In this document: positions 61,734 to 64,000 of the stretch, piece after piece
Layout: each line of letters begins with the position of its first letter
Numbering within the stretch: position 1 is the first letter of the stretch
Made by a program: the position numbers and the translations under genes
Source of the DNA: Phyllobates terribilis
Lineage: Eukaryota
Assembly (NCBI RefSeq): GCF_046119375.1
Contig: NW_027362772.1
Span: 63,984,001-64,048,000 of the forward strand
Reading direction: 5' to 3'
Length of the DNA stretch: 64,000 nt
The notes under the pieces: generated by a model
Databases searched by the model: none
What the model saw: the letters and a program-made list of their open reading frames with translations, nothing else
Told to the model about the DNA's origin: nothing

Positions 61734-62800
61734 TGTAACGGGTCTGGGAGGCGGAACCTCTGAGCTACTATACAAGGGGGCGGTCCTTGTAAGGGAGCGG
61801 GTGGCGACCAGGGAAGACGGGCTGGAAGTCTCAGCAGGTGAACGGGACAGTCTCTGAGTGAACGGGCCAGTCTCTGAGTGAACGGGCTGGAGGTCACGGC
61901 AAGTGACCGGGGCAGTCTCTAGGTATAGGGTTGGTACGACCTGTGGCGGCTGAAGATAGACGTGAGCTCCCAGGTGAGCAGGCGAGAGTCTCTGGATGAA
62001 CGGGTGGTCACAGCATGTGACGGCGGAGCCTCCAGGAAGACCAGCGGACAGGCGACAGATGAGCGCTCCCAGGTGAGCGGGCAGAAGTCTCTGGACAGGC
62101 GGGTGGTCACAGCACGTGACGGCAGAGCCTCCGGGTAGGCAAGCAGACTGGTAGCAGATGAGCGCTCCCAGGTGAGCGGGCAGGAGTCACTGGACAGGCA
62201 GGTGGTCACAGCACGTGACGGCGGAGCCTCCAGGTAGGCTAGCAGGCAGGTAGCAGATGTGCGCTCCCAGGTGAGCGGGCAAGCTGGTCCATAGACAGAC
62301 TGACAGGAGTTGGAAGGCAGACCGTCGGACCACAGGCAAGCAGGCAGGTAGCTGATGAGCGCTCCCAGGTGAGCGGGCAGGCTGGTCCTTAGACAGACTG
62401 ACAGGATTAGTAAGGCAGACCGTCGGACCTCAGACTAGCAGGCAGGTAGCAAGTAATCAGGCAGGAATCTGGCAGGTAACTGGCAGGTAACTGGCAACGG
62501 GACCTGAGGGCTGAAGCACAGGTGAGACACAGGTGCAAACAACATTGCTCGGGCACCTCCATTTTGGAGGAGGTGCCTTATATATGGTAAAGTCCTCCGG
62601 CCATTGGCCGGGGACTCCTTAGGACGGCGCGCGCGGCCCCTTTAAGAGGGAGGGAGAGCGCGCGCGCGCGCGCCCTAAGCGTAGTGGCCGGGAAGGAGCG
62701 CGCGCTGCCAGCAGAGTGGGAGAGGGACGCCGGGCACGGAGCAGAGCGGTGAGGGGAACAGCGTCCCTGCCTAGCAGAGGGCAGGGACGCCGGCACTACA
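61734..62800 (-). mobile_element. Solo LTR, 1067 bp
   Basis: ATGAA|tgtaacg ... cactaca|ATGAA; TATATAA on the minus strand at 62584-78; GC-rich U3 with a (GC)n run; internal tandem repeats. Confidence 0.92.
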
Positions 62801-62839
62801 ATGAAGCTGTCATGGTTGGATCAGGAGACCCGTGGTTAG

Positions 62840-63420
62840 TGTCATGCAAGGTGTGGGAAAGACTAAGTGCAACACGAAGGGAAGAGAGGGAGGAAGCCCA
62901 AACACTAGGGAAAGGGGGAGTGGAGACCCCTAGGCAGATCTAATATCACCCTGCCTACCCTACTGTCCCTATATAGGTTCCATACTTATCGCCAAGCAGG
63001 ACCCTAAGCCCTGTATGTCCCTAGAGCTTGGCTCTATTTAGGGAGGGGGAGGGGTGAGCACTGGTCAGGCCCCACTACAAACTAAAGACAATAAGGTAGA
63101 CAAACAAAGGGAATAAACTTAGCTTGAGCAAACACCAGAGGAGTAACGCCAACTGTTCTCCAAGGGTGCCAGAGAAGAAGCTAGCCGACTGCTAGTGCTC
63201 CAAGCCTGCACAAAGATACATAGAAGTATCACCGGTGATTCCCTGGAGCAAACAGTGTTTTTAATTCCCAAACAAAGGTGTGTCAATCAGCAGCAGGAGG
63301 CAGGTCGCTGCTGGGTCCTAAAGGAAGAAGGGTTAAGAAGGGGTCTGCAGTGCCAAGCGCAGTGACCTTCTACATCCAGATCCAGAGCGACTGTCTACTA
63401 CACCTGACCCACCCGTGACA
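62840..63420 (-). mobile_element. Solo LTR, 581 bp, same family as 27536-28091
   Basis: GTTAG|tgtcatgcaaggtgtgggaaagactaagtgcaacac ... cccgtgaca|GTTAG. Confidence 0.92.
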
Positions 63421-64000
63421 GTTAGTCCATTACATTGCAGTCTGATCTCGAACTGATACATACGGACGTCTGAATGTGCCCTCAGTCTGTGGGACTCAGG
63501 ACAAGGCAACAGAGCTTTCTGGATTCCCAGGTACAAGGGTTCCTAGGTATGTTTGCTCACAGCAATCCGCCAGTGTAAATCCAGCTTTAGAGTCATAAGT
63601 TACAAAGTTATGAGATCTCACGTCAGATGCATTCCCATTGTCTTGGGTGGAAGTCTAATAACTAGAAAGGGACCACATCAACCATGGAAAGCTTTGAATG
63701 GCAATGCCCACCTTTGCAATCCAGTGTTTTAAATTGTCCTAAAATGATAATTGATGCAACTTTGCATTATGTGTTAATTAAAAATTCTCTATATTGTTTC
63801 TACAGCAACTATGTGTGTTGATGAAATCAGGCAACCAACAAGCTGAACATTCTGATCTGATCTTGCCACCGTACTTTTTCCCATCTGTCCCCTAATTTAT
63901 GCTATCATATAGTCTTTGGGTTATGAATGAAATACAAGACAAATTGCAGAGAGAATCACTGAGGGAGCAGACTTTGCAGAGATTATCATCATACAAATAT

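Larger units (their letters stand above)
61627..63481. mobile_element. Harbinger-type palindromic MITE split by two solo LTRs
   Basis: TAA|ggacgcattcagacgt ... acgtctgaatgtgccc|TCA. Removing both LTRs restores the fold-back catgacagcttcata-gaaata-tatgaagctgtcatg. Confidence 0.85.

Overview
Gene-poor, transposon-dense vertebrate DNA, most likely a frog (anuran) genome. The taxon is inferred from the repeat repertoire (TTAA-flanked T2/Kolobok MITEs, IR/DR Tc1 elements, CR1 ends, Penelope-type relics) and is not proven. No host protein-coding gene could be identified. Contents: four Tc1-superfamily transposons (one is DD38E and one nonsense codon from intact), many MITEs, several minisatellites carried inside non-autonomous DNA transposons, four solo LTRs, two CR1 fragments, two short N runs and hammerhead-ribozyme-like motifs. 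The standout is a young 4.6-4.7 kb non-autonomous LTR retroelement present twice in opposite orientation (30446-35091 minus, 54274-58971 plus) with different 5-bp TSDs. It has no protease, RT, RNase H or integrase, but each copy keeps an intact 691-aa ORF: a Ty3/gypsy Gag capsid N-terminal domain (PEG10/RTL8/LDOC1-like) fused to acidic 57-aa repeats, running into the 3' LTR. It has no tRNA-type PBS. Instead, 10 nt just after the 5' LTR are the exact reverse complement of a sequence 30 nt downstream of the LTR TATA box, and the two sites co-vary between the copies. This is strong sequence evidence for Tf1-like self-primed reverse transcription. Coordinates were counted by hand and may be off by a few bases.
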